Positions 12,001 through 21,752 of a stretch of 64,000 nt of DNA are shown piece by piece. A program made the position numbers and the translations under genes. The stretch spans positions 4,030,001 through 4,094,000 of the forward strand of contig NC_134031.1 of the NCBI RefSeq assembly GCF_964204645.1. The letters run 5' to 3'. Numbering within the stretch: the stretch's first letter is position 1; each line of letters starts with the position of its first letter. Below the pieces are notes generated by a model, which was given only the letters and a program-made list of their open reading frames with translations, made no database searches and had not been told where the DNA came from. Source of the stretch: Tubulanus polymorphus. Taxonomy: Eukaryota; Animalia; Nemertea.

Positions 12001-13931
12001 CACTCATTCACTAACCCTCTGCAAACTACCGGTAATCAATGACTTACAGGCACCGGTTCCACAGTAGATAGACTGTTGAGTCATCGAAATATTTACTCTC
12101 CACGCTTAGCGTTAACATTTAGTTGTAACATTTCATTAGTGTTGAAATGAGTCGAACTAAACCACGGAAGTAAAACTGGCAACTGACATGAATCAAAAGT
12201 ATTTTTTCTAAAGTTGCTTACAATTTGTCTGGGTGAAGATGAAACTTTTGGTATTCAGTATTGATGAGGCATTCAGTCGATCCTTGAAGGTGCACATCAT
12301 CGATGTTTTATTTGTTTAACTAACGAATAGAATTTTCTTTAAATCCGAAATCTTTACTAGGCTTCGCCTGAAACAGAATAAGTATCCAGTACAGTTTTTG
12401 ACATCTGGCCAAACAAATAAATGGACATTCTATCAATGTCTGTTGACTCGATCTGTGGAATACGCTGCCTCATACAGTCTATCCCAAGACTTCATGGTAT
12501 GTTTAACAAATCGACCATGGCATTATTTGTTAATGATGACATTGTTTTGATGCATTTGGGAGGGGCTATTTTGATGTTATCCTACTAAACATCCTCATGT
12601 TCGTACGCTCAACTCAACATTGTTTTGATGCATTAGGGCGAGGGTATTTTGATGTTATCCTACTAAACATCCTCATGTTCGTACGCTCAACTCACTTCTC
12701 TGATTTACAATACAACGAACAGGAAGGTGATGTTTATGTTTAAAATCTTTTCATGTATGTCATCAGGCATCCTCCCCGACAGGGATTCAAAGCTGATGGC
12801 ATCTATACTCACCATTGTATGAAACTTGGTTTCGTGCTGTGGCTGAGTTGAGCAATACCATCAGGTTCGAATCCCTGCCAAAGTAAATACTGATCAGAAC
12901 AAATCTAGAAATGATACTATGTAAATGATATAGTGTAACCACTACCTCCACTAAAACACTCCTACATTGAATTATTGGTACATATAACCAAAATCTTTCA
13001 GCAAAGCCTAAATCTAATCTAATAATCTGCATTCATTTACCTAGATTTTGTCTTTTATTGAAGGGAATCAATGTGAATTCGGAAGTTTTGCTGAATCGTT
13101 TGCACATGATTCAGAGAATAAAGGATCTAGGCTTAGTCCTGTTTATTTGGGGAGACGAACTAAACGATCCGGCGGTCATAAAGATGTTCAAGAATGAAGG
13201 CGCGGATGGTGTTATATATGACAGGTAACGCCAAAAAATACATGATGATGATCATAGAACATCCCTTTCCGCACACATTCCGAGTACATTCATTATTATT
13301 TAACCCGTCCACCCTCTTTAACATCGACACCTTCTTCCTACCCAGTCTTCCTTACATCATTTGCCAACAGAACCCTCACTGCTGATTGTTGTCGAGCCTC
13401 TTTCCTCGTAAACCGCTCGCTCTTTCTAACCTGTCCCACCAACATCTTGTTACCCAGCATCTGGCCTTAACTATTAACAACTTGCTGCTCTGAATAGCGA
13501 ACTCCCTTACTACACAGCCTTCCAAAAACCTGTCTACTACACAGCCTTCCAAAAACCCCTCCTTATGACCGGGATATAAACAGCTTGCTGCCCTGACTAG
13601 CAAACCCCTCCTCGTTAGCCAGCTATCCTCAGGTGACCAACAATCTCCCTGCCTAACTTCCCTGCTATAACTCAAACTATGAAGACATGAATTCACGCGC
13701 ATAGAAATACTCTATTTCTCTTTTCTCTCATTTCATTGTAGAATATCCGAATTCAAAACCAGCGACAACATCTTCAAAATGGAACACGAAGCGAAATTAC
13801 AATTATTGGCACAAATGGGCGTATTGACTAACGGCTCATCTACATCAGCCGAAACAGTAGTCAATAGTCGTAAACTGACTCACAGCCAGTCGGAAGAATT
13901 ATCATTCGTACGAACCAGCACACTGTATTAA
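1..13931 (+). CDS. GPCPD1: Glycerophosphocholine phosphodiesterase (CBM20 + GDPD domain), multi-exon, 5' end outside window
   Basis: Phase-consistent GT-AG exons: <1-94, 1439-1599, 2609-2671, 2967-3118, 4777-4854, 4947-5069, 5210-5372, 5780-5915, 6999-7053, 8713-8808, 9251-9359, 9721-9845, 10457-10587, [11323-11446 or 12361-12496], 13064-13224, 13742-13931 (TAA). Motifs colinear with vertebrate GPCPD1: VVGDCDELGNWDP, RWETNIRPR, GWLTGQTEIQLRL, VGHRGMG, ENTVASL, GADYVEFDVQLS..HD, QPFPTL, GFNVEIKYP, IIFSCFEPDIC, KQNKYP, WGDELND, DGVIYDR. Confidence 0.95.
343..455. mobile_element. MITE (GGCCC-terminal family); second copy at ~11066-11176
   Basis: Inverted ends ggcccggttttatagact...agtctataaaaccggtccc, with internal palindromic arms around 'aattgaaaatgaa'; near-identical copy at 11066-11176. 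Confidence 0.75.
725..1364. mobile_element. Three ~131-bp MITE copies (725-855 and 857-988 in tandem; 1234-1364)
   Basis: TIR GGGCCCAGTTTCACGAAA...TTTCGTGAAACTGGGCCC; copies near-identical; termini sit in CWG contexts. Confidence 0.85.
1719..1860. mobile_element. MITE with GGGGCC TIRs; relatives at ~7167-7271, ~11541-11614, ~42640-42752
   Basis: ggggccggtcgcatagt...actgtgcaactggcccc inverted ends. Confidence 0.6.
6135..6410 (+). mobile_element. tRNA-derived SINE with CORE-like central block and L2-like (TAT)n tail
   Basis: A-box-like TGGGCGAGTGG, B-box GGTTCGAACCC, central 'cacttatcctcaatgcctc...gtaaatgggtacctg', 3' end 'gtgctatagaaat...tattattatt'. Confidence 0.8.
8946..9102. mobile_element. 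Tc1/mariner(pogo)-type MITE with TA TSD; decayed relative ~7523-7696
   Basis: TA|CTGTAGACTTCGCTCAAGTCGGATC...GATCCGACTTGGGCGGAGTCTACTG|TA. Confidence 0.8.
11323..11446 (+). CDS. GPCPD1: GPCPD1 alternative exon A (mutually exclusive with B)
   Basis: ttttag|G...CTG|gtgaga, 124 nt, encodes LRLKQNRYPVQILTNGWRKRVDLRTSSPLMAAQTALVYDCL; phase 2 in, phase 0 out. Confidence 0.85.
12361..12496 (+). CDS. GPCPD1: GPCPD1 alternative exon B (mutually exclusive with A)
   Basis: tactag|G...ATG|gtatgt, 136 nt, encodes LRLKQNKYPVQFLTSGQTNKWTFYQCLLTRSVEYAASYSLSQDFM; same phases as exon A. Confidence 0.85.
12539..12694. repeat. 78-bp direct tandem duplication in the intron after GPCPD1 exon B
   Basis: acattgttttgatgcatt...gttcgtacgctcaactca occurs twice, nearly identical. 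Confidence 0.9.
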
Positions 13932-14170
13932 ACACACCCCCATCGTACGAGTTTATTTATTGATGTAAATATTTCTGTGAAATTTCGCTTTCAAGTTCGA
14001 AACGAGCCGATAATACGTACTTGGATTATTATCGGCACTCTGTGTATAGAGACATTTCTAAATATTTTTGACACTAGTACAGTGGAGGTTTAACGGGGGT
14101 AACAAAAAAAACTTTGGAAATATTGACTCAAAATGAGAAAGTTTGTTTTACAGTAGTAGACTCCTCTTAA

Positions 14171-14363
14171 CCCATTCAGTGTGTCTACACCGCAGTGCGG
14201 TGTATAAATCAGTGATAGATTTTGCTAGTACACCGCACTGCGGTGTATTGATGTTATTAGTAATTAGTTTTTATCTCTACTGAAAAATGGCAGCACCCGT
14301 CAAACATAGAGAAATACTAGTAACTAACGATACACCTCGGCGTGGTGTAGACGCACTTAAATG
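14171..14363. mobile_element. piggyBac-like MITE remnant downstream of GPCPD1 stop
   Basis: TTAA|CCCATTCAGTGTGTCTACACC at left, inverted GGTGTAGACGCACTTAAATGG at right, internal palindromes ACACCGCA(G/C)TGCGGTGT. Confidence 0.6.
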
Positions 14364-15098
14364 GTATTCCCGTTATTCAACACACTAGGGTGGAATTTTT
14401 TAAAATTTTCAAATTATCTCCAGCACTATAGGGTATTGATTAGTCAGCAATAAAAGGGTTAAATGAAATGCTTTCAAGTCGAACACAAATCTTAGAACCA
14501 TTGCAACAGAATGGAAATTGAATTCCATTGTCTAACTGGTAACTTAAACAGAAATGACTGGTCCAAATTGATTCGAGTTAAGAGGAGGCAACGTATTTCA
14601 TAGATTGTAGGTACAGTAGTTTTTGCCATTGGTATTTCACCGACCGGCCGCATCTAATCGAGGGTTACCGTAACGGGTTCGAATGGTGGTGGCATGAGTT
14701 TCTCGCTCTAGGCTCTCTCGCCGTAAGAGGTGATAAGAAACCTTGAAATTATTATTAATCGAAAATAGGAATGAATGATGCTCTTCGAGTTATAGGGGAT
14801 AAAATGAATGTATGTGTATGATATATTATCAGATATTGTGAAATACAGTAGAATCCCCTGCTGGCAAATATTCTAGAGTAGTTTGGGCAAAATGAGTTGT
14901 CGTCAAATTAACTGGAGTTGAATAATTTTGAATATTTCTATTTCGCATAATCCGAAGCAGTTGGCTCCGTGGCAAACGGAGACTACTTCATTAGTGAATG
15001 ATGAATATGTCTGGTCTTGTAGAGTTAATCTTAACTAAACTAGTTTCTTCTGTACATTGATACTGGTAATGATGAAATACCAGTTCGGTATAGCACAG

Positions 15099-15430
15099 AC
15101 CATCCTCCCCCGGCAGGGATTCGAACCTGGATGGCATCGAGATTGCCACGGCACGAAACCCTGCCATAATGGACCGTGTGCGCAGATACATGCACAGTTC
15201 AGATGATGTGATTTTTAGCCAATCAGAAATCACGTTTTATTTTAGCCCGGGTTTTCCCATTTATAGTTCTTCCTTGAAACGATTATACAACGGGCAATAT
15301 GATTGGTGCCGCCAGTTTTCGTTCGGAAAGCTGCGCATGTAACTGCGCACCCGGTCTACTGATGCAGGGGTTTGTGCCGTGGCTGAGTGTAGCGATGCCA
15401 TCAGGTTCGAGTCCCTGCAGAGGGAGGATG
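15099..15430. mobile_element. Foldback element whose arms contain a tRNA B-box-like motif; other copies ~1638-1712, 12767-12880, 29217-29255, 37041-37140
   Basis: Arms catcctcccccggcagggattcgaacctg(g)atggcatcg and the inverted cgatgccatcaggttcgagtccctgcagagggaggatg. Confidence 0.75.
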
Positions 15431-15804
15431 AGCACAGACGTGCAACATCCATCGGTTACGGCGACTGCGGATTTCTGTTCCCCTGATGATTGTTAATACG
15501 AGTTTCTAATGCAATTACAACTGATAAATTGATAATTGTGGCATTTTCCATGAAAAAATGTCGTCCTTATTTAGAGGGATTTGATGAATAGAGGCAGTTG
15601 ACTATTTTTTCACATAATGCGCCGAGCCCCGGAGGTGACGTGGTGAAAAGTTCATATTTTTTTCGCGGGAATGAAAATCTATAGTATCCGTAGGAACAAA
15701 TTTTGTTTGAAGATCCTATTGCGAAAGACAGTTTAGCCCTATCACTTAGACAGACATTCTTTGTACAGCTTAGATTTCGTTGGTTGCATGTATTTTGTAA
15801 TATA

Positions 15805-15920
15805 CAGTCGAACCTCATTACAACGAACTTCTGGGGACCTGAAAATAATGTTTGTTATAAACGAAATTCTCGGTGCGTGATAACTGATAAATCTGAGGTC
15901 GTTATAACGAGGTTCCGCTG
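15805..15920. mobile_element. Tc1/mariner(Tigger/pogo)-type MITE
   Basis: TA|CAGTCGAACCTCATTACAAC...GTTATAACGAGGTTCCGCTG|TA. Confidence 0.8.
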
Positions 15921-17396
15921 TAGCGTGTTATTTATTGTTGCTGTGCAACATTGACTTGTTAATCTACGTATTCTACTCAGTATTTCAATTCGGATTGATA
16001 ATCGAGCTAGTTGTATGTACAAATGTATTAAGAGTTTGAAATCTCTTCGGAATGACGTCTCGAGCCGATAACATCTAGCCGTTCAAATACAGTAAAAACC
16101 CTTTTAATGCCACTGTTGGGACCAATGTAAAGTGTGAGGTTGAAAGGAATTTTACGTTATAATGAATGATATTTTCATCGTATAATTGGGTTAGATTGAG
16201 CAATTTTTTTCTCTGAAAAACGATCAGTGGCATTAAAAAGTATGTACATGTATTGTTAGAAAATATGTCACATATGAGTTTTTTTCAATAGTACATTATT
16301 TATTTACGTTTTTAATCTATCTACACTATCGGTTATGGGTTTCAATACAATGTATTGGGAAGTTATGTCCATCTGAATGTTTATATTAGAGAATTACAGA
16401 TTTGATAACTTGAAATACTTTCCCTGTTTAGTGCCCTGTGTGCCTGTGTGGTTATTGCTTTGTGTGTTAATAAAAGTGTTTATGAAATTAATGAATTATA
16501 TGCGTTTTAGTGGTCTTTCTTTTGCAAATTGAATCTTTCCTCTCTCCTCCCTTTCTGCATGCTCACCTATTCACCAAATCACCTACGGGTATTAGATTGT
16601 GAGAGGACCATCGATTATGGAATTGAATTTTGCCACCGAATTGGATACATTGACCTGAACCTAATCTTGAATCGAAGGAAGATTCAGCTGCAATCCTAAT
16701 GTGGAGCCTAATGTGACCGTTGATTCTCGACTGCATTTTAGTTCCTTAAAATTATTCATTCTGGTGTAATTTTTAATTCGTTCTTTTAACTATTTTGAAC
16801 CGTACAACGCTCATCCTCTCTGCTCTCTTCAGTCAACCATTTTCAGATTTTTTTGGAAAACGTTTTACTTCCCTGATGTCAGCTCCCTCCGAACTGCACA
16901 GCGAAATATATACGATTCTAAGGTTAATGGGTAGATTAGCCTTCCATAGCGTAAGCGAGACTGACCAATGAGAGCGGCGAATATCGTATTTTTCTAGAAA
17001 TAAAAATCCCAGTTCTTGCCGCCTTTATCACGTGCGATACGATTTCACATCGAACGTGTCAATGTGACATTTTGAAATCCCCTTTACTAAAAGTTCTTCT
17101 TATTAGAAAATCTGAAAACTATCTAGATACAGTGAAACCAAAAACGTAGTGGAGTTTCGTTAGATTGAACGGCGTGTGTTCGATGTCCAATGAAACAGGA
17201 CGTTGCACGCAAAACTCTGTCGACGTTCAGTACAAGACGCATCAATGTTTAAGCGGATCATCTGAGTTTATTTTTTGACTTCTGAAACATCTTTTAAATC
17301 ATGAATGATTCACATAAAATTATGTATCTCTAATTATTAGTACATGTACATTATTTTATATTAATCATTTGCTTCAAAGTTATGTAAAATAGGTTT

Positions 17397-19153
17397 TTAT
17401 CTTTTAGCAGATTGACCAATACCACCCTTAAAACAGTTGTGAAATTGATTAACAATGGTTTGCGGTTCAATGATATTTTCGCCTCCGATGTTCGCGAGAC
17501 ATTCGTCTGTTTGGAACGAACACATTCCCGGATTGAAATGTCCTTCGAGCGTCGTGAACGAACCAGCGTCGAAAGTCGTCTGTTTTATCGGAACCAGTTG
17601 TTCTTCTTCAAATTTGTGTCCATCCGTGCATTCGATTTCCAATCTAGCTCTCACTTCATTCTTATCAAGTTTATATTCGCTGACCGTACCGAACATCAAA
17701 GTTGCCCCGGGTCCGCGATATTCTGTCCATTGCCCCTGTCCAGTACCGCTTGAAACCGTTTTCGAATTAGACGTCGATACGCTGGTTGTTTTCGACTTAC
17801 CGAATGAAGCTCCGATACCCATAGATATACTGGCTCCGACAAAAAGGAGATCCATGCTTTCGGTATGCTTCACTTCAATTTTGTTTTCGAACATGAACGT
17901 AGAGCCACGCGTTATAGTAAGCGCTAGAGTTTCCTTTACATCTTTCGTTGAGGACATGGTCAACCTGTTATTGGTGCCATTTCTACAGTTGTGAGAAGAT
18001 GAAACCCCGATCACGCGCATGCCAGATAGTTGTGTATGCGCTTCGTCGAGAATCGTCATTCTTTTAGCGATACAGATCGCGTATCTGCATATATGAATAC
18101 TCCACATTCGATCACTACAAAAGATGAATTGAATTCGATTACGTGGGCATTTTGAACGAAATATTTCAACAACAACAAAAAATCTGTTACGCTTACTTCT
18201 TCCAATCATCGAAAACGCTCTCTAAACCTCGAATACCAATTCCCGGATCGGCAACATAGTCCAACTCACCATCGTACTTGTTCCAGTATCCAGTATTTGA
18301 ACATTTAGTCGCTTCTTTCGTTATCAACTAGAAAACGGTATATCTTATACATTTCGACTATTTTCCTAAACATTAATGGTTGACAGACATGGCTCTTCGC
18401 GAAATTGTTATCAACATTTCGTAATGTTAATAGCTATATAGTTTATCGCTTATTAGTGTATAGGGTTTGTAGCTTTATAGTTGTATTTATCTAAAGTTGT
18501 AACCCTATGTAGCATACAGGGCTTAGACATTCATTTACATTCAGATTTAGGACATTTGAGTATTTCTGGTTATGATGATCATACATTACAACATCTAAAC
18601 TTCCATATCCTGTCCTCCTTCCCATTATCATGGATGCTCCACACTCCAGTTAAAAGACCGTCATCACGACACGTGAAATTGATGGGTCGTTTGTAGTCAT
18701 TCACTAATTTGCTCAGCGTACAATCGTTTCCCACGTATCCGCTATTTTCGCATTCAAAATGCCACATTCGATCTTCTGTGTCATCATCGTGTATACTATG
18801 AACTCGACTAATGTGGGCGCCCGCTGGGCACGAGAAATCAACATCTGCATCGAAAGTGTTCACCCAGTCAGTTGCTGACACAACCCAGCTATACGAAACT
18901 AACCCAAATGATAATATCTGCAAAATGCCCTAGAATAAAGAAGCAATGGAAAGTTAGTCGAATACAGCAGAGTGTTCAATGTTCGTTCGTGTTTGAAACT
19001 AAAATCGAAAAAGTTGCTATCATTTTTGTACCGAATTGATGAAGATGTCCATATACTTGAGAAAGAAAATATATATGTTTGCATAAACATTTTAGAAATA
19101 ATACATCCCACTCTATCATTTAGTATACGTATAAATATATTGATACCTACCAT
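17397..19153 (-). CDS. Secreted DPT/HAAF-domain + putative aerolysin-like pore-forming domain protein, short form (398 aa, no WSC)
   Basis: Exons (minus): 19153-19151 (ATG|gtaggt), 18929-18585, 18327-18197, 18114-17397; 1197 nt, in frame. Signal peptide MGILQILSFGLVSYSWVVSA. Three DPT repeats ending HDDDTEDRMW, HDNGKEDRIW, FDDWKNDRMW. S/T-rich beta domain (LTITRGSTFMFENKIEVK...VGASISMGIGASFGKSKTTSVSTS...GPGATLM). The 131-nt exon and the intron phases match the + strand paralogs. Confidence 0.88.
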
Positions 19154-21752
19154 TGGTAGTTCTGTTCTGCAGTTTACCAGTTGGTAGATAACGGTCAAAA
19201 ACTATAATTCACGGCACTGATAGAACTAAAAATGATGGTATATAACATGTTCAAAACATCGCCTAAGATACACGGAGTTTCTGTTCCATATACGAGGCGT
19301 GACCAAGTTCGGTGAATGCCTCTTGGATTGTAGGAACGATTGACATATTTCGACGATATATATTGCGAAAAATACGCTTCAGCTTTTTGAAGGAAAAAAA
19401 CTTTGAGGAAACGCGGACAGACTGTGCATAAGTTGAGTACTGCAGAAGCGTCATCACAGTCTCTTACAAGATCTCTATTCATCATCCACGTATAAAGTCT
19501 TTACTTACATGTTCTACATGTTTGAATATCATACTACCTGCATTGGAAGTTAAACATGACTTACCTCAAAGCTCCTAACATCAGAATCTAAAATGTCTCA
19601 TCGCTCTCACATTTGGAAGGATATATAGAATTGCAAACAACTTAACACCTGCCGATCGAAGATGAAAACGATAAATTTACCACCGGTTCCTATCGATTAA
19701 CATCCTATCACCTGCGTTCATATTTCTAACTGCGCAATTTAATTTCCTAAAGTCACAGAATTATTTGAAATTCTAGAAAAAAATATGTAGAAGTAGTAAT
19801 TAATTCTCAGGTCTGCCCGAATAAGGCGCACGGTAGTAATGCACTGGATAGAATTGATACAGCGAAGCACATAAGATCGGTTGCACCTTAACGTTAAATG
19901 AATAATTTGCCTTTCGAAATGTGCTTCCTTTTTATCTACGCGGGACTTTCAGCTTAGAGGACTTCCTGTATCGAGGACTACGGATGTTGTTTTACCATGG
20001 ATTCATTTATTATAGTACGTTCACTGAAACCTTACTTGGTTGGATTCATTTGCTAGTTAAGACCCCAGCCTCGGCTCCGGATTCACAATAATCAATGCAG
20101 GGGGCCAGCACATTTCCTTCCCGTTTGTCAGATGAGGGATGTTTTATAAATTGTTAGCCGTATTATTTCACTTAGAACATTATCAATATTATTAATGTCC
20201 ATATTGAATTTGTTCTATTTAGACTTTCTTTACCGGTATATCCATAGAACCACAAAGAGCATCAAATGTTCAAAAAGACGACCCCAAACCTCAGTTCCAA
20301 CCAAATTCAGAAACTAATCCATCCGCATATTCCTCACGCTATGGGCCTGAACCACATACGAGCAATTATTGTCACGTTGACACAAGTTTAGAAAAGAAGT
20401 TGAGTGTGGCCTACTGTGATATGTCATTAAAAAATTGCAGGCTGTCCTCCCCATCCCAAATATGTTCCGACCCTAAAAAAATAATATTTGATAAAGCGCA
20501 ATTGGTGGACTGGTTCTCGATGCGCGGAAAAAAGCGTTACATAATTTTCGAGGACTTAAATCTTTTAAGCTTAGCCGGTAACGGTTAAATCGTAAACGTG
20601 TCGTTAGTTAACATCCGAGTTAGCAAAAGTGTTGGATGGAATAGATGGCGTAAAACGCTCTAACCTTCTGGGGGACTGAATCGTGTGTGGAATGGTGGGG
20701 GAGCGTTGTGATTATTCCATTTGTGGTCAAAAGTGTAGGGTAAGATATGATACGACGTAGATTCGCTACGTAACCACGCTGTTCGTCCACCAGTTTACTC
20801 TATCCAACGTTGAGCAACCGGCCCCGAGGATAACAAGTTGTTTTATTCAGCTCCAATAGAAAATCACTTACTTGGAAATTTATCAATCTAATTAATCATC
20901 GTTATAAATAATTTCAAATCAATTACGATACTCTAACATATGATTTCAAGAAGCATCCATATATCGTAGCCGTGACAATTCCAAGTATAAATTTTCGGCG
21001 CTAACCCCTGGTGTAGGCTACCTCGGGCTGTGGAGTTTATCAACTTTTGAGCAACTGATCCCTGTTTTTGCAAGTGGGACTGTTTTACTAGTGAATCTGT
21101 TTTTCAATTGAGGTTTTTGTTATAACAACAGCCTCACCGGGATACTAATATAATTCAATGAAATGATACCATTACAATGTACGACTGCTTTATAGTTCGC
21201 CAAAAAACTGTATTCCAGGACAATACACTACAATGTAAATTCCTTTATTTCGATGGATATAAATTATAAGCCCAGATAAATACTCTAATCGATAAATAAA
21301 TTATACGTATGATATTTCGCTCACCTGTTCGATCGCGAAAGTTCGAGTATCACACCTGTGCATCTCCAAAACAGGTGAAAAAGAAATTATAACCATCGTG
21401 TTTCTCATCTTTCTCACAAAACGCTCGTTAATTTCTGTGTAAGGTGCTTTCGAACGAAGAAAAACCAGTGTATTCGTCTTTAAGTCACAAAAGTCTCACT
21501 AAGGTAAGGTATTTTTTCGTCATAAGCGTACAAGTTTCTTTATTCGAAAAAGTTTCTTTATTCTGGTCATTTGTCATCTTCTGATCATTTTTGATCATCA
21601 AGTGTGATCGTTTTTTTTTTTTAATTTTATTTGCTAGACAAATATAAAATGAGTAACTTTTAAAATGTAATTTTTCAATCTTTTTCTCCAAGTCCTTTCC
21701 ATGCCTTCCATGCATGAAAATAATATGTATTCAAAAAATTTACTTTTAGAAG

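Noticed and set aside
13250-13705. C-rich block with a 25-bp tandem repeat, a TATA-like motif and a 108-aa minus ORF in the last GPCPD1 intron
   Set aside because: Resembles a retroelement terminal remnant, but no termini, TSD or protein motif could be established.
1-13931. Functional link between GPCPD1 and the putative pore-former cluster
   Set aside because: Ordinary housekeeping gene in convergent orientation; adjacency alone gives no support.
17412-17994. Plus-strand ORFs of 113 and 179 aa
   Set aside because: Shadow frames antisense to the last exon of the short-form gene.
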